Of a stretch of 64,000 nt of DNA, positions 17,057 to 27,387 are shown piece after piece. Position numbers and translations under genes: made by a program. The DNA comes from Candidatus Poribacteria bacterium (lineage in GTDB: Bacteria > Poribacteria > WGA-4E > WGA-3G), in contig OZ244889.1 in NCBI GenBank assembly GCA_965221425.1, forward strand, positions 3,077,415-3,141,414. Reading direction: 5' to 3'. Below the pieces are notes generated by a model that saw only the letters and a program-made list of their open reading frames with translations, did no database searches and was not told the DNA's origin. The first letter of the stretch is position 1. Each line of letters starts with the position of its first letter.

Positions 17057-18670
17057 ATGACAAAATATATCTTTGTGACAGGCGGCGTTATCTCAGGAAT
17101 AGGCAAAGGCATTACAACCGCAGCGTTAGGCAGATTGCTCATTAACCGAGGCTTTAGAGTAAATGTCATCAAAATTGATCCATATCTGAATGTTGATGCG
17201 GGGGTGATGAATCCCTTCCAACACGGCGAGGTGTTTGTCACACACGATGGTGCTGAAACAGACTTAGACTTAGGCAATTATGAACGTTTTCTCGGCGTTG
17301 ACTTGAATAAACATTCTAACTTTACAACAGGTTCAGTTTATAAGGAAGTAATTGAGAAAGAACGACGGGGCGATTACCTCGGTCAAACGGTTCAATTGAT
17401 TCCACATATTACGGATGAAATTAAACACCGCATCTACCAGATTGGAAAAGATAGTGATGTTGACATCGTTATCACGGAAATCGGAGGCACTATCGGTGAT
17501 TTTGAAACACCCCCGTTTGTAGAAGCTATCCGACAAATGGCTGTGGAGGTCGGGCGCGAAAATACGTTGTTCCTCCACGTCTCGCTCATCTACACCTTAC
17601 CTAATGGTGAAAGCAAAAGTAAACCGACTCAGCATAGCATTAGGAAACTTCAAGAGTTAGGTATCCACCCGGATTTATTATTATGCCGCACGAGTCAACA
17701 TATTGATGATAGCGTCCGGAGAAAAATTGCGCTGCTCTGTGGTATCAGTGAAGATTTTATTTTGGAAGGTTTAGATACAAAATGCGTAGATGAAATTCCA
17801 CTCAACTTTGAAGAACAAGGCATGGGACATCTCGTCGCTAAAAAATTAGGTCTTGAGCGGCGCGCAACTTTGGATGCGGAATGGGTAGCCATGGTGGAAA
17901 GACTTAAAAATCCTAAGCATACCACGAACATCGCTATCGTAGGAAAATATACAACTGGAAACGATGCTTATATCAGTGTCCAAGAGGCTATTAAACATGG
18001 TGGCATAGCAAACGAAGCAGAAGTCCATATTGAATGGATAGAAGCTGAAATGTTGACAGACCATTCCAATCTTGATAAACTGTTTGAGAATATTGACGGA
18101 ATTTTGGTGCCCGGTGGATTTGGTGATCGTGGTATTGAAGGTATGATATTAGCGGCTAAATACGCGCGTGAAAACCGCATCCCTTACTTTGGGTTGTGCC
18201 TCGGCATGCAGTGTCTTGTAATTGAGTTTGCTCGAAACGTGGCGAACCTAAAAAATGCAAACAGCACCGAAGTTGATGAGGAAACACCGTATCCTGTTAT
18301 AGATTTGATGTTAGAACAACGTTCAATAGCCGACAAAGGGGCAACGATGCGGCTTGGACATTATCCTTGTGTTCTCAAGGAAGGGACCAAGAGTTACGAA
18401 GCATATCAACAACCTATTATTTTAGAACGGCATAGACATCGCTATGAATTGAATAACAACTACCGTTCGCAATTGAAAGAAGACGGCCTAAGTTTTAGTG
18501 GTGTATCACCCGACGGAAGCCTTGTTGAGATTGCTGAGGTGCCCGATCACCCATGGATGGTTGGTTCCCAATTTCATCCGGAATTTCAATCTAAACCCCT
18601 CACACCACACCCACTATTCCGTGAATTTATTGCAGCAGTACTGCGTTATCAGCAAGAAAAAACCGATTAG
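17057..18670 (+). CDS. pyrG: CTP synthase
   Basis: N-terminal KYIFVTGGVISGIGKGITTAALGRLL. Glutamine amidotransferase domain with GLCLGMQ catalytic Cys. Confidence 0.95.
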   Translation: MTKYIFVTGGVISGIGKGITTAALGRLLINRGFRVNVIKIDPYLNVDAGVMNPFQHGEVFVTHDGAETDLDLGNYERFLGVDLNKHSNFTTGSVYKEVIEKERRGDYLGQTVQLIPHITDEIKHRIYQIGKDSDVDIVITEIGGTIGDFETPPFVEAIRQMAVEVGRENTLFLHVSLIYTLPNGESKSKPTQHSIRKLQELGIHPDLLLCRTSQHIDDSVRRKIALLCGISEDFILEGLDTKCVDEIPLNFEEQGMGHLVAKKLGLERRATLDAEWVAMVERLKNPKHTTNIAIVGKYTTGNDAYISVQEAIKHGGIANEAEVHIEWIEAEMLTDHSNLDKLFENIDGILVPGGFGDRGIEGMILAAKYARENRIPYFGLCLGMQCLVIEFARNVANLKNANSTEVDEETPYPVIDLMLEQRSIADKGATMRLGHYPCVLKEGTKSYEAYQQPIILERHRHRYELNNNYRSQLKEDGLSFSGVSPDGSLVEIAEVPDHPWMVGSQFHPEFQSKPLTPHPLFREFIAAVLRYQQEKTD

Positions 18671-18681
18671 GGAGAGGAATT

Positions 18682-19941
18682 ATGGACAACGTTGCTACAG
18701 TTCGCTCTGGTGCTTGGCACGGAGATAACGAAGTGATGCTAACATTTCCAACCGGTTGGGAAGTGGAAATGTTGAAACCCAAGGACGCTCCTACACTTTC
18801 TGACGCACAAATTGAGCAGGCATTTGCAGAACCAATCGGGACAAAACGGATTTCTGAATTAGCAAAGGGGAAAAAGAGTGCTACCATCATCGTAGATGAC
18901 CTAAGCCGTCCGACCCCAGCATTTAAAGTAATTCCTTTTCTGTTGCGAGAACTCACGACAGCAGGGGTGCCAAAAGCAGAAATCAGATTTGTCGTTGGTG
19001 TCGGCGCACACCGTCCTATCTCCGAGGAAGAGATGGCAAAGAAAGTTGGAACTGACATCGCAGCAGAATATGAGATAACCAACCATAATTTCCTGAGCGG
19101 TGACCTTCGTGCCTTGGGACACCTTGAAAACGGCACACCTGTCTATATCAATCGGACTGTTGCAGATGCTGACTTCAAAATCTGCCTTGGTGGTATCTAT
19201 CCGCATAGCTCAGTCGGTTTTACGGGTGGTGCTAAACTTATTGTTCCCGGTACCGCAGGGTTTTCCACGATGTATTATTTCCATACCTTTCCACAGGGAC
19301 GTGGCCCCGCAGTGATTGAAGGGCAGAGCGATGAACCAGATCGTCGCGACACCATTGAAATGGCAGCGGCCGTGCTTGGGCTCGACGCTATCGCCAATGT
19401 TGTCCTTAATAGTCAACGTGAAATCTGTGGATTATTTGTAGGGGATTTCATAAAAGCACATCGTAAAGGCGCACATTTTGCGATGGATACTTATAAAACG
19501 AAAATCTCGGAAAAAACCCGCACAGAGAGTGATCTTGTTATAATTAACTGTTATCCACTTGATGCTGATGCTATTCAACTTGATAAAGCACTTGCCGCTT
19601 TTTCTTATTTTGAAGACGCTTGGACAATAGCACTTTATCCCGCAACCGATGGAACCTGCTTCCACGGATTGTTTGACAGACTTGATTATCAAAAGTATCT
19701 CCAGCAGAAAGTAGAGCACGTACCCACTAATCCATCACCCGCACCAAAACTTGGAAGACGATCTCAACTACATGTTTGGTCTGAGCATTTTGAAAGAGAT
19801 GATTTCTACAAAGAGTATCCATCCTCGCTTCTTTTCCGCGACTTAGATCAGTTAATTCGATTGTTGATACAGAAACTTCCTAAACGCGCCAAAGTTGCTA
19901 TTTTGCCTGTAGCAGGAATTCAAGTATTAACACCACACTAA
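18682..19941 (+). CDS. LarA-family (DUF2088) nickel-pincer-cofactor-dependent racemase/epimerase homolog, paralog 1
   Basis: IIVDDLSRPTPAFKVIPFLLREL..IRFVVGVGAHRPISEEE matches the LarA N-terminal domain pattern. 'GGAK' lysine precedes LIVPG, the position of the cofactor-tethering Lys in LarA (from memory, unverified). Confidence 0.7.
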   Translation: MDNVATVRSGAWHGDNEVMLTFPTGWEVEMLKPKDAPTLSDAQIEQAFAEPIGTKRISELAKGKKSATIIVDDLSRPTPAFKVIPFLLRELTTAGVPKAEIRFVVGVGAHRPISEEEMAKKVGTDIAAEYEITNHNFLSGDLRALGHLENGTPVYINRTVADADFKICLGGIYPHSSVGFTGGAKLIVPGTAGFSTMYYFHTFPQGRGPAVIEGQSDEPDRRDTIEMAAAVLGLDAIANVVLNSQREICGLFVGDFIKAHRKGAHFAMDTYKTKISEKTRTESDLVIINCYPLDADAIQLDKALAAFSYFEDAWTIALYPATDGTCFHGLFDRLDYQKYLQQKVEHVPTNPSPAPKLGRRSQLHVWSEHFERDDFYKEYPSSLLFRDLDQLIRLLIQKLPKRAKVAILPVAGIQVLTPH

Positions 19942-19996
19942 CAGGAAATCACTAATGTGTTGGATGTTTCTATAGAAGAATTGAATAAAAAATCTG

Positions 19997-20248
19997 ATGA
20001 CTAAAAAAAGAATTGCCACTGGCGTGGTACATAGAGTGCCAGCGGATCTACGAAAGACACTTATTTCTGCAAGTGCGGTGCAAGACGCATGGAATGACCT
20101 TACTCCCCTTGCCCGTAATGAATGGATTTGCTGGGTGACCTCCGTCAAAAAGCCGGAAACCAGAATACGTCGTATTGAGCGAGTGCGCACAGAGTTATTA
20201 GAAGGAAAACGTCGACCTTGTTGTTGGCCCGGTTGTCCTCACCGTTGA
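19997..20248 (+). CDS. YdeI/OmpD-associated (OmdA) family small protein
   Basis: C-terminal NEWICWVTSVKKPETRIRRIERV resembles the YdeI/OmdA family motif. Confidence 0.45.
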   Translation: MTKKRIATGVVHRVPADLRKTLISASAVQDAWNDLTPLARNEWICWVTSVKKPETRIRRIERVRTELLEGKRRPCCWPGCPHR

Positions 20249-20313
20249 AATAGGGAATCAGCGCGCAACATCAGTTGTTCGTTCAAATGGGTGTAAGAAA
20301 ATGGAGATCAGAC

Positions 20314-21573
20314 ATGAACAACACTGCAACGATCCACTCCCGTGCTTGGTATGGTGATGAGGAGTTAACGTTGAATTTTCCAAAGGGTTGGGAAGTAGAA
20401 ATGCTGGGACCAAAGGACGCACCAGCACTTTCTGACAAGCAGATGGAACGCGCGTTCGCTGAGCCAATTGGGACGCCACGCATTGCTGAACTTGCAAAAG
20501 GCAAAAAGAGTGCTGCCATTGTTGTAGATGACCTTAGCCGTCCTACCCCTGCAGCCGAAGTTATCCCGTTCCTACTACGTGAACTCATCTCAGCAGGTGT
20601 TCCAAAATCAGAAACCCGATTTGTCGTAGGCGGTGGGTCGCACCGACCTCTTACAGATGAAGAAATAGCAAAGAAAATTGGGGCTGACATTGCAGCAGAA
20701 TATGAGGTAACAAGTCATGATTTTATGAGTGGTGACCTGCGTGGATATGGAAGTCTTGAAAATGGCATGCCTATCTATATCAATAGAGTTGTTGCAGATG
20801 CGGATTTCAAAATCTGTTTGGGTGGCATCTATCCGCACGGTGCTGTCGGTTTTGGAGGCGGAGCAAAATTGATTGTCCCCGGTGTTTCTGGGTTCGCAAC
20901 GATGTTCTATTTTCATACCTTTTCACCGAGCCGTGGACATGCGGTCATTGAAAGAAAAGACAGCACCCCTGACCATCGAGATTTTGCGGAAGAAATTGCA
21001 GCTGTCATCGGTCTCGATGTTATCGCTAATGTTGTGCTAAATTCTCGACGCGAGATTTGTGGGTTGTTTGTTGGCGACTTTGTACAGGCACATCGCGCAG
21101 GGGCACATTTCGCTTTGGCAACATACAGTACAGAAATACCGATGCAATCCCGAAAAGAGACTGATCTGGTTGTGCTAAATTGTTATCCGCTTGATAGTGA
21201 CCCTATCCAAACAGGAAAAGCGTTGTGGGCATCCAGTTATTTTGAGAAGACATATAAAATGGCACTAAATCCTGCCAGCGATGGTATCTGCTACCATGGG
21301 TTATTTGATCAAATTGATTATAACCGTTTTCTTGAACAAAGAGCAGAGAAGATTCCGCCTGAACTCCCCGAACCTAAACTTGGAAATATTGATCAACTGC
21401 ACGTCTGGTCCGAAAATTTTCTCGTAGACGATTTTTATAAAAAACACCCAAATGCCCTCCTTTTCCGCGACTTGGAACAGCTTCTCCAACTGTTCTCTGA
21501 AAAACTTCCAGCAAAAGCGAAAGTCGCTGTCCTACCTTCAGCAGGAATTCAGGTATTAGCAAAGAACAAATAA
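20314..21573 (+). CDS. LarA-family (DUF2088) racemase/epimerase homolog, paralog 2
   Basis: Start moved to MNNTATIHSRAW (GGAG RBS 8 nt upstream) to match paralog 1. AIVVDDLSRPTPAAEVIPFLLREL..GGGSHRPLTDEE..GGGAKLIVPG. Confidence 0.7.
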   Translation: MNNTATIHSRAWYGDEELTLNFPKGWEVEMLGPKDAPALSDKQMERAFAEPIGTPRIAELAKGKKSAAIVVDDLSRPTPAAEVIPFLLRELISAGVPKSETRFVVGGGSHRPLTDEEIAKKIGADIAAEYEVTSHDFMSGDLRGYGSLENGMPIYINRVVADADFKICLGGIYPHGAVGFGGGAKLIVPGVSGFATMFYFHTFSPSRGHAVIERKDSTPDHRDFAEEIAAVIGLDVIANVVLNSRREICGLFVGDFVQAHRAGAHFALATYSTEIPMQSRKETDLVVLNCYPLDSDPIQTGKALWASSYFEKTYKMALNPASDGICYHGLFDQIDYNRFLEQRAEKIPPELPEPKLGNIDQLHVWSENFLVDDFYKKHPNALLFRDLEQLLQLFSEKLPAKAKVAVLPSAGIQVLAKNK

Positions 21574-21585
21574 CAAAGGACTCTT

Positions 21586-22128
21586 ATGCAATCTTCCTTC
21601 AGAAACTACCTACAGCGTGTAAATACCCTGCTTGGTAAATTTGAAATCGGTGTGTTATGTCTGATTGTGGCAATGCTGGTAGGACTGGCAGTCCTCAAAA
21701 TCGTCGCGCGTTACATATTGCCTCATTTAGGAATCCAATGGGTTTTGACATGGAGTGCCCCGATGTTGCAGCATTTAACTCTCTGGTTGTGTTTTTTTGG
21801 GGCAGCACTCGCCTCCTGTGAAAGACGACACATTAGTATAGACATTCTCAACCGAATTTTACCGAAACGTGTCATGCGTTTTAGTTCCTATATTATTGAT
21901 ATTCTCAGTCTGATTATCGTGAGTATTTTAGCCTATTTCGGTTTTGAGTTTCTTATGGAAGAACAGGAGAGTCCCGCAACACTGATAGGACCTATTCCGC
22001 TTTGGTGGGCAAAAACGATTATCCCGATAGGGTTTGTCCTTATCGGGATTCATTTGGTGCTGCAGATTTTTATCAATTTGACAGAACGTGAAAACGCTCA
22101 AGATAATATTGAAGGAGACTTGGAATAA
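21586..22128 (+). CDS. TRAP transporter small permease (DctQ-like), 4 TM
   Basis: 180 aa, four TM helices with DctQ family pattern (KIVARYILPHLG..W..ELT.WLCFFGAALASCERRHISIDIL). 12 bp after LarA-2 stop. Confidence 0.65.
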   Translation: MQSSFRNYLQRVNTLLGKFEIGVLCLIVAMLVGLAVLKIVARYILPHLGIQWVLTWSAPMLQHLTLWLCFFGAALASCERRHISIDILNRILPKRVMRFSSYIIDILSLIIVSILAYFGFEFLMEEQESPATLIGPIPLWWAKTIIPIGFVLIGIHLVLQIFINLTERENAQDNIEGDLE

Positions 22129-23435
22129 TGGGATTACTCATTGGCATCGGATTAGCAGCCTTCGCACTTCTTGGCGGCGCGCTGTTTGTTTTGCTCGGTG
22201 GGGCATCAATTATCGGATACGCCACTTATGCCGTATCAGAAGAAGAACCACTTTCAATGCTCCAAGCGATTCTAATTGAATTCAATAGTCTTACCGATAA
22301 TCCGTCTATTCTGATTATTCCGCTCTTTACGTTCGCTGGATATGTTATTGCCGAAGGAAAAGCGCCACAACGATTGGTTGGATTTGCGCGTGCAAGTGTC
22401 GGTTGGCTGCCGGGTGGTATCGCTATTGTAGTGCTTGGGACTTGTGCTTTTTTTACAACATTCACAGGGGCTTCTGGTATAACAATTGTAGCACTCGGCG
22501 GTTTGCTCTATCCTATCCTTAAACGTAGTTACAGTGAGCAATTCTCCCTCGGTTTGGTCACAGCTTCCGGCAGCATTGGGCTCCTGTTTCCACCAAGCAT
22601 CCCTCTCATCCTTTATGCCATTGTTGCTCAAGTCAGGATTGATACCATGTTCTTTGCTGGGATTATTCCGGGAATACTTATTCTCACCATCCTTAGCCTC
22701 TACTGCAGCGGATGGAGCGTTTTCAAGCGGACAGAGACGATCCAATTTAGTTTGTCAGATTTCGCACGCACACTCTGGGATGCTAAGTGGGAACTACTCT
22801 TACCATTTCTTGTATTAGGAGGCATCCTCTCAGGTAAGGTTCTGATTGATGAAGTTGCTGCATTAACAGTCATATATGTCTGTGTCGTAGAAATCTGTAT
22901 TCACCGATCAATTTCTGTAAAAAAGTTACCATATCTTGTCAAAGAGAGCATGTTGCTGGTCGGGGCAATCCTAATTATCCTCGGTCTCGCCTTGGGATTA
23001 AAAAGCTATTTGGTCACACTTGAAGTTCCCCAAAACGTCGTGGAGTGGATTCAATCCATAACTTCAAACCGAGTTATTACACTCATTGGTCTTAATATAT
23101 TCCTACTTATAGTTGGGTGTTTAGTGGACATCTTTTCCGCTATTGTTATTGTTGTCCCACTGCTTTTACCCATCGCTGAAGAACTCGGTATTAATAAAGC
23201 ACACCTCGGTATTATTATATTAACAAATCTTGAAATCGGTTACCTCACACCGCCAGTAGGAATGAATTTGTTTATTTCAAGCATGAAATTTGATAAATCG
23301 GTTGTCCTACTCTACAGGTCTGTTTTATTGTTTATCGGTTTGTTGTTAATAGCTTTAATACTTGTAACTTATATTCCAGAGTTGAGTCTATGGCTGCCGG
23401 AGGTACTTGGGAAAACGACAGAGTCGTTGTTTTGA
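22128..23435 (+). CDS. dctM: TRAP transporter large permease (DctM-like)
   Basis: 435 aa polytopic membrane protein. Start ATG overlaps the DctQ stop (ATAATGG), the typical QM coupling. Confidence 0.8.
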   Translation: MGLLIGIGLAAFALLGGALFVLLGGASIIGYATYAVSEEEPLSMLQAILIEFNSLTDNPSILIIPLFTFAGYVIAEGKAPQRLVGFARASVGWLPGGIAIVVLGTCAFFTTFTGASGITIVALGGLLYPILKRSYSEQFSLGLVTASGSIGLLFPPSIPLILYAIVAQVRIDTMFFAGIIPGILILTILSLYCSGWSVFKRTETIQFSLSDFARTLWDAKWELLLPFLVLGGILSGKVLIDEVAALTVIYVCVVEICIHRSISVKKLPYLVKESMLLVGAILIILGLALGLKSYLVTLEVPQNVVEWIQSITSNRVITLIGLNIFLLIVGCLVDIFSAIVIVVPLLLPIAEELGINKAHLGIIILTNLEIGYLTPPVGMNLFISSMKFDKSVVLLYRSVLLFIGLLLIALILVTYIPELSLWLPEVLGKTTESLF

Positions 23436-23545
23436 ACTGCCATAGACTGACTGTAAATATGGTGAACCTAAACTCCCTGATTTTTGCTGAGTTATCTAAA
23501 ATTTGAATTTTAGGCAACTTTACAATTTACAACCCTTGACAAATA

Positions 23546-23554
23546 TGTTATAAT
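23546..23554 (+). promoter_or_regulatory. extended -10-like element TGtTATAAT upstream of BMP gene
   Basis: 'atgttataat' lies 35 nt upstream of ATG 23589. The nearby TTGACA is only 7 nt away, so it is not a canonical -35. Promoter consensus for this lineage is unknown. Confidence 0.25.
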
Positions 23555-23588
23555 AGTCTCAGTCAATACTATACAGGAGAAACATTTT

Positions 23589-24626
23589 ATGAAACAAGTT
23601 TGTTGGTCAAATAAGATTAGCACAAAAGTTGTGCTGTGCATAGGATGCCTATTCGCTCTCGGATCCCTGCTTGTTGGATGTGCAGATACAACGACAAAAG
23701 ATGGATTTAAGGTTGCGATGCTGCTTCCAGCCGATATTACCGACGCAGGGTGGAATGCTTTAGCTTATGAAGGGCTTCAAGCAATCGAAAAGGAACTTGG
23801 GGCAACAGTTAAATATGTTGTGAGTGGCACACCTACCGAACAAGAACAACACTTCCGTTTTTACGCGGAAAAAGGGTACGACCTCGTCTTTGGGCACGGT
23901 TATGAATTTCAAGGCCCCGCAAAAGCGGTAGCCTCCGATTTTCCTGACACAATTTTTATTACGTCTTCGGGAGGCACTATTACTGACAATATTTCCCCAG
24001 TGAATTTTCGCGTTGAGCAACCCGCCTACCTTTTAGGTATTATGGCAGGCATGATGACACAAGAAAATAAACTTGGCACTATTGGCGGCGATGAAATTCC
24101 TTCTGTCAAGAGTACTTTTATCGCTTTTGAAGCTGGCGCGAAAAGTGTTAATCCTGATATAGAGGTCCGCAAGGTATATGTGGGCAATTGGGAAGATGCT
24201 GTGAAAGGCAAGGAACTCTCATTAGCACTTATTAATGAAGGTGTTGACTTTCTGTTCCCAAATGCAGATGCGGCAGGACTTGGCGCTTTTCACGCTGCGG
24301 AAAACGCCCAAGCAGAGGGAAAAACTGTATACACGTTCGGTGCAAATCGAGACAAAAGTGAAATTTCCGCAACAACAGTGCTTGCAAACGCTGTGATTAC
24401 CCCGAAAGCCTTTGTTAAGATTGCTAAAGTCGTTAAAGAAGGTAAATTCAAAAAACAGATCTACACATTCAACATGCTGACAGATCAAGCAATCACGCTA
24501 ACTTATAACCCTAAGCTGAAAGATAAAATACCGCAAGAGGTGCTTGATGCCGTTGAAGCGGCAAAAGCCAAAATCCTTTCTGGTGAACTCGAGGTTCCGC
24601 AAATTGATTTCACTGAAGAGGAATGA
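23589..24626 (+). CDS. BMP-family (PnrA/Med-like) substrate-binding lipoprotein
   Basis: Lipoprotein signal LLVGC. BMP-family blocks (FKVAMLLPADITDAGWNALAYEGL..YDLVFGHGYEFQGPAKAVASDFPDTIFITSSGG). AGGAGA RBS. Confidence 0.75.
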   Translation: MKQVCWSNKISTKVVLCIGCLFALGSLLVGCADTTTKDGFKVAMLLPADITDAGWNALAYEGLQAIEKELGATVKYVVSGTPTEQEQHFRFYAEKGYDLVFGHGYEFQGPAKAVASDFPDTIFITSSGGTITDNISPVNFRVEQPAYLLGIMAGMMTQENKLGTIGGDEIPSVKSTFIAFEAGAKSVNPDIEVRKVYVGNWEDAVKGKELSLALINEGVDFLFPNADAAGLGAFHAAENAQAEGKTVYTFGANRDKSEISATTVLANAVITPKAFVKIAKVVKEGKFKKQIYTFNMLTDQAITLTYNPKLKDKIPQEVLDAVEAAKAKILSGELEVPQIDFTEEE

Positions 24627-24680
24627 TATTTGACTTATTCTGCACAATCTGTAACCCCCGGTAAGATGGAAGCACGGACT

Positions 24681-27377
24681 ATGGCGAAAAAAATGCAAAT
24701 TGATGACGTTGAAGTCACCTTTTCCGAGGGAGAAACTGTGCTTGAAGTTGCACAACGGCATCAAAAAGATATTCCGACTCTTTGTTACGATCCACGCCTG
24801 GAACCGTTTGGTGGATGCCGCTTGTGCATCGTTGAATTAGAAGGTGCACGTAATCCTGTTGCATCTTGTACAACAAAAGCCACCGCTGGGATGGTTATCC
24901 GTACTGCAACCGATACAATAGAAACGTATCGGAAGACACTGCTTGAGATGGTGATTGGTGAAAATAGAGAGATAGATGTCCATCCATTACGCGGCTACGC
25001 TGCCAGCGAGTTGATGAGTCTTCGTGACAGGTACGAAATCGAGAATACAAATATAATAGGGGCAAAATCCGGCACCAGCAAAGCCGATGATAATCCTTTT
25101 ATACTCAGAGATTATGAGCTCTGTATCTCTTGTTACCGTTGTGTAAGGGTGTGTGCTGAACAAGAGGGTGATCATGCTATCAATGTGATGAACCGCGGGT
25201 TTCACACACAGATCACAACAGAATTTGATGGTCTTCTCAAAGACTCCGCTTGTACTTTTTGTGGACAATGTATCCAGACCTGTCCGACAGGTGCACTTGC
25301 CGACAAAAAAGCGCTCCGCGCTGTTGATGAGGTTACTGACGCTGCACTCAACAAAACCCGTACCATTTGCCCTTATTGCGGCGTTGGTTGTTCTGTAGAT
25401 GTGCTAACAAATGACGAAAAAATTGTTGGTATCCATCCTGCTATGGACGGTCCTGCTAATCAAGGCGCCCTCTGTGTTAAAGGACAGTTCGCTTACGACT
25501 TCGTTCAACATCCAGATCGATTGAAAACACCGCTTGTCCGTGGTGAAGATGGTGAACTCCACGAAGCCACGTGGGAAGATGCGCTTGATAAAGCTGCTGA
25601 AGGTTTTAGGAACGTCCATGCCGGGTATGGCAGATACAGCATCTACGGTATCGCTTCTGGGCGTGCGCCGAGTGAAGCTGCGTATCTGATGCAGAAGTTT
25701 ATCCGTGCAGGTTTTGGCACAAACTATATTGACAATTGCAGCCGTGCCTGACACGCTCCGACTGTTGCCGGTCTGGCAGCAACAATCGGACGTGGGGCGA
25801 TGTCTAATCCGCTCGTTGATATGCAGAAACCTGACGTTATTTTCTGCATCGGAACAAATATGACAGAATGCCATCCGGTTGCAGCAACTGGATTGAAAAA
25901 GGCAATTGCACGTGGAGCCAAACTCATTGTGGCAGACCCAAGACGCATCGGGTTAGCAGAGATGTCCCATCTCTATCTGCCGCTTCGTGTCGGATCAGAT
26001 ACTGCGCTACTGCTTGGAATGGCGCACGTTATTGCTCGTGAAGGGTTAATTGATGAAGAATTCATCGAAAATCGCACAACAGGATTTGATGATTTCTTTG
26101 AACATATCAGTCAATGGACACCAGAATGGGCAGAATCTATCACAGGTGTGCCAGCAAAGGACATTGAAACGGCGGCAATGTGGTACGGCACTGCAAATAA
26201 AAGTGCTATCTACTATACGCTTGGTATTACAGAACATATCTGCGGTGTGGAGAATGTTCAGAGCTTGTGCAACCTTGCACTGATGACAGGCAATATCGGA
26301 CGCGAGGGAACAGGTATTAACCCGATGCGTGGGCAAAATAACATCCAAGGCGCGGGAGATAGCGGTGCGCTACCTAACAACTATCCAGGTTTTCAATCTG
26401 TCACTGATCCCAAACATCAGACAAAATTTAAAGAGGTATACGGTAGAGAGATTGACCTTGAGAAGGGCATCACGAAGGTTACTGCCTTGGAACTTTGCGG
26501 TGATAGTATCCATGCAATGCTCATTGATGGTGAAAATACATTGCTGTCCGACCCTGACCGTGAACATTGTGAGCATGCACTTCGTTCTTTAGAGCATCTC
26601 GTAGTAGTTGACATCTTCCTGACCGAAACCGCAGAACTTGCCGATATAGTGCTGCCCGCAACAGCCTGGGGCGAAACGGATGGGGTTTGCACTAATACAG
26701 AACGCCGCGTCCAACGAATGCGTGCTGCTGCCCCGCCTCCCGGTGAGGCAAAACCTGATTGGTGGATTATCTGTCAAATTGCAAAGCGACTCGGATTCGA
26801 AGGGTTTGATTTTGACGCGCCAAAACCGATTTTCAACGAACTTTGCCACCTTTCGCCTATCTACGCAGGATTGGATTGGGAACGCATTGAAAAAAGTGAA
26901 TATCAGTGGCCTGTTCCACATAAAGAACACCCTGGCACACCGCGCTTACACGAAGATACATTCGTGAATGGAAAAGGAATCTTTTCCAACGTTCACTACC
27001 GAGACCCTGCTGAGACAATTAGTGATGAGTTCCCTGTATGGCTAACAACAGGAAGGCGTTTGCAATCCTATCACACACGGACTCAAACGGGTAGAGCGCA
27101 GGGAATTGATTATCTGTTACCCGAAGAATCCCTTGAAGTAAATCCTGCCGACCTCCAAAAATGGAAATTGATGGATGGTGAATGGTGTAAAATGAGCAGT
27201 GCACGGGGGAGTATCAATATTAAAGTCAAAGCAACAAACCGATCACCGCGAGGCACCGTTTTTGCCAGTTTCAGTTTCGCCGATGTGCCTGTCAATCTTT
27301 TAACAGGTTCAGGCTACGATCCCATTACGCACACCGCTGAGTTGAAGGTGTGTCCAGTGAAATTAGAACCACTATAA
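24681..27377 (+). CDS. selenocysteine-containing formate dehydrogenase catalytic subunit (FdhF/FdsA-like: 2Fe-2S + 4Fe-4S N-terminal domains + Mo-bisPGD domain); in-frame TGA at 25749-25751 read as Sec
   Basis: ORFs 24630-25751 and 25800-27377 are in the same frame. Joined through the TGA they read ..NYIDNCSRA-U-HAPTVAGLAATIGRGAMSNP.., collinear with E. coli FdhF ..NCARV-U-HGPSVAGL..GNGAMSN. Downstream regions also match FdhF (RGQNNIQGAGDSGALPNNYPGFQ; IVLPATAWGETDGVCTNTERR). 5' start is ambiguous (ATG at 24666, 24681 or 24693). Confidence 0.85.
25752..25790 (+). promoter_or_regulatory. bacterial SECIS-like hairpin directing Sec insertion at UGA 25749-25751
   Basis: UGA + 11 nt, then the stem 25763-25769/25775-25781 with apical loop GGUCU. 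This has the same spacing and the same GGUC(U) loop as the E. coli fdhF SECIS (..GGUUGCAGGUCUGCACC..). Confidence 0.6.
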
Positions 27378-27387
27378 GGAGAACAAA

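Noticed and set aside
18627-19136. 169 aa minus-strand ORF inside LarA-1 (and the equivalent 20283-20690 inside LarA-2)
   Set aside because: These are antisense ORFs mirrored in both paralogs, as expected from shared sequence. They are GC-skew artefacts, not genes.
23536-23554. TTGACA..TATAAT sigma-70 promoter upstream of the BMP gene
   Set aside because: The two hexamers are only 7 nt apart, so this is not a canonical -35/-10 pair. Only the extended -10-like TGtTATAAT is retained, at low confidence.
24630-25751. Separate 373 aa ferredoxin-like ORF ending at TGA, then a separate 525 aa molybdopterin ORF
   Set aside because: Both are in one frame, and the TGA aligns with the FdhF selenocysteine position with a SECIS-like hairpin downstream. 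They are treated as one recoded gene rather than two genes or a pseudogene.
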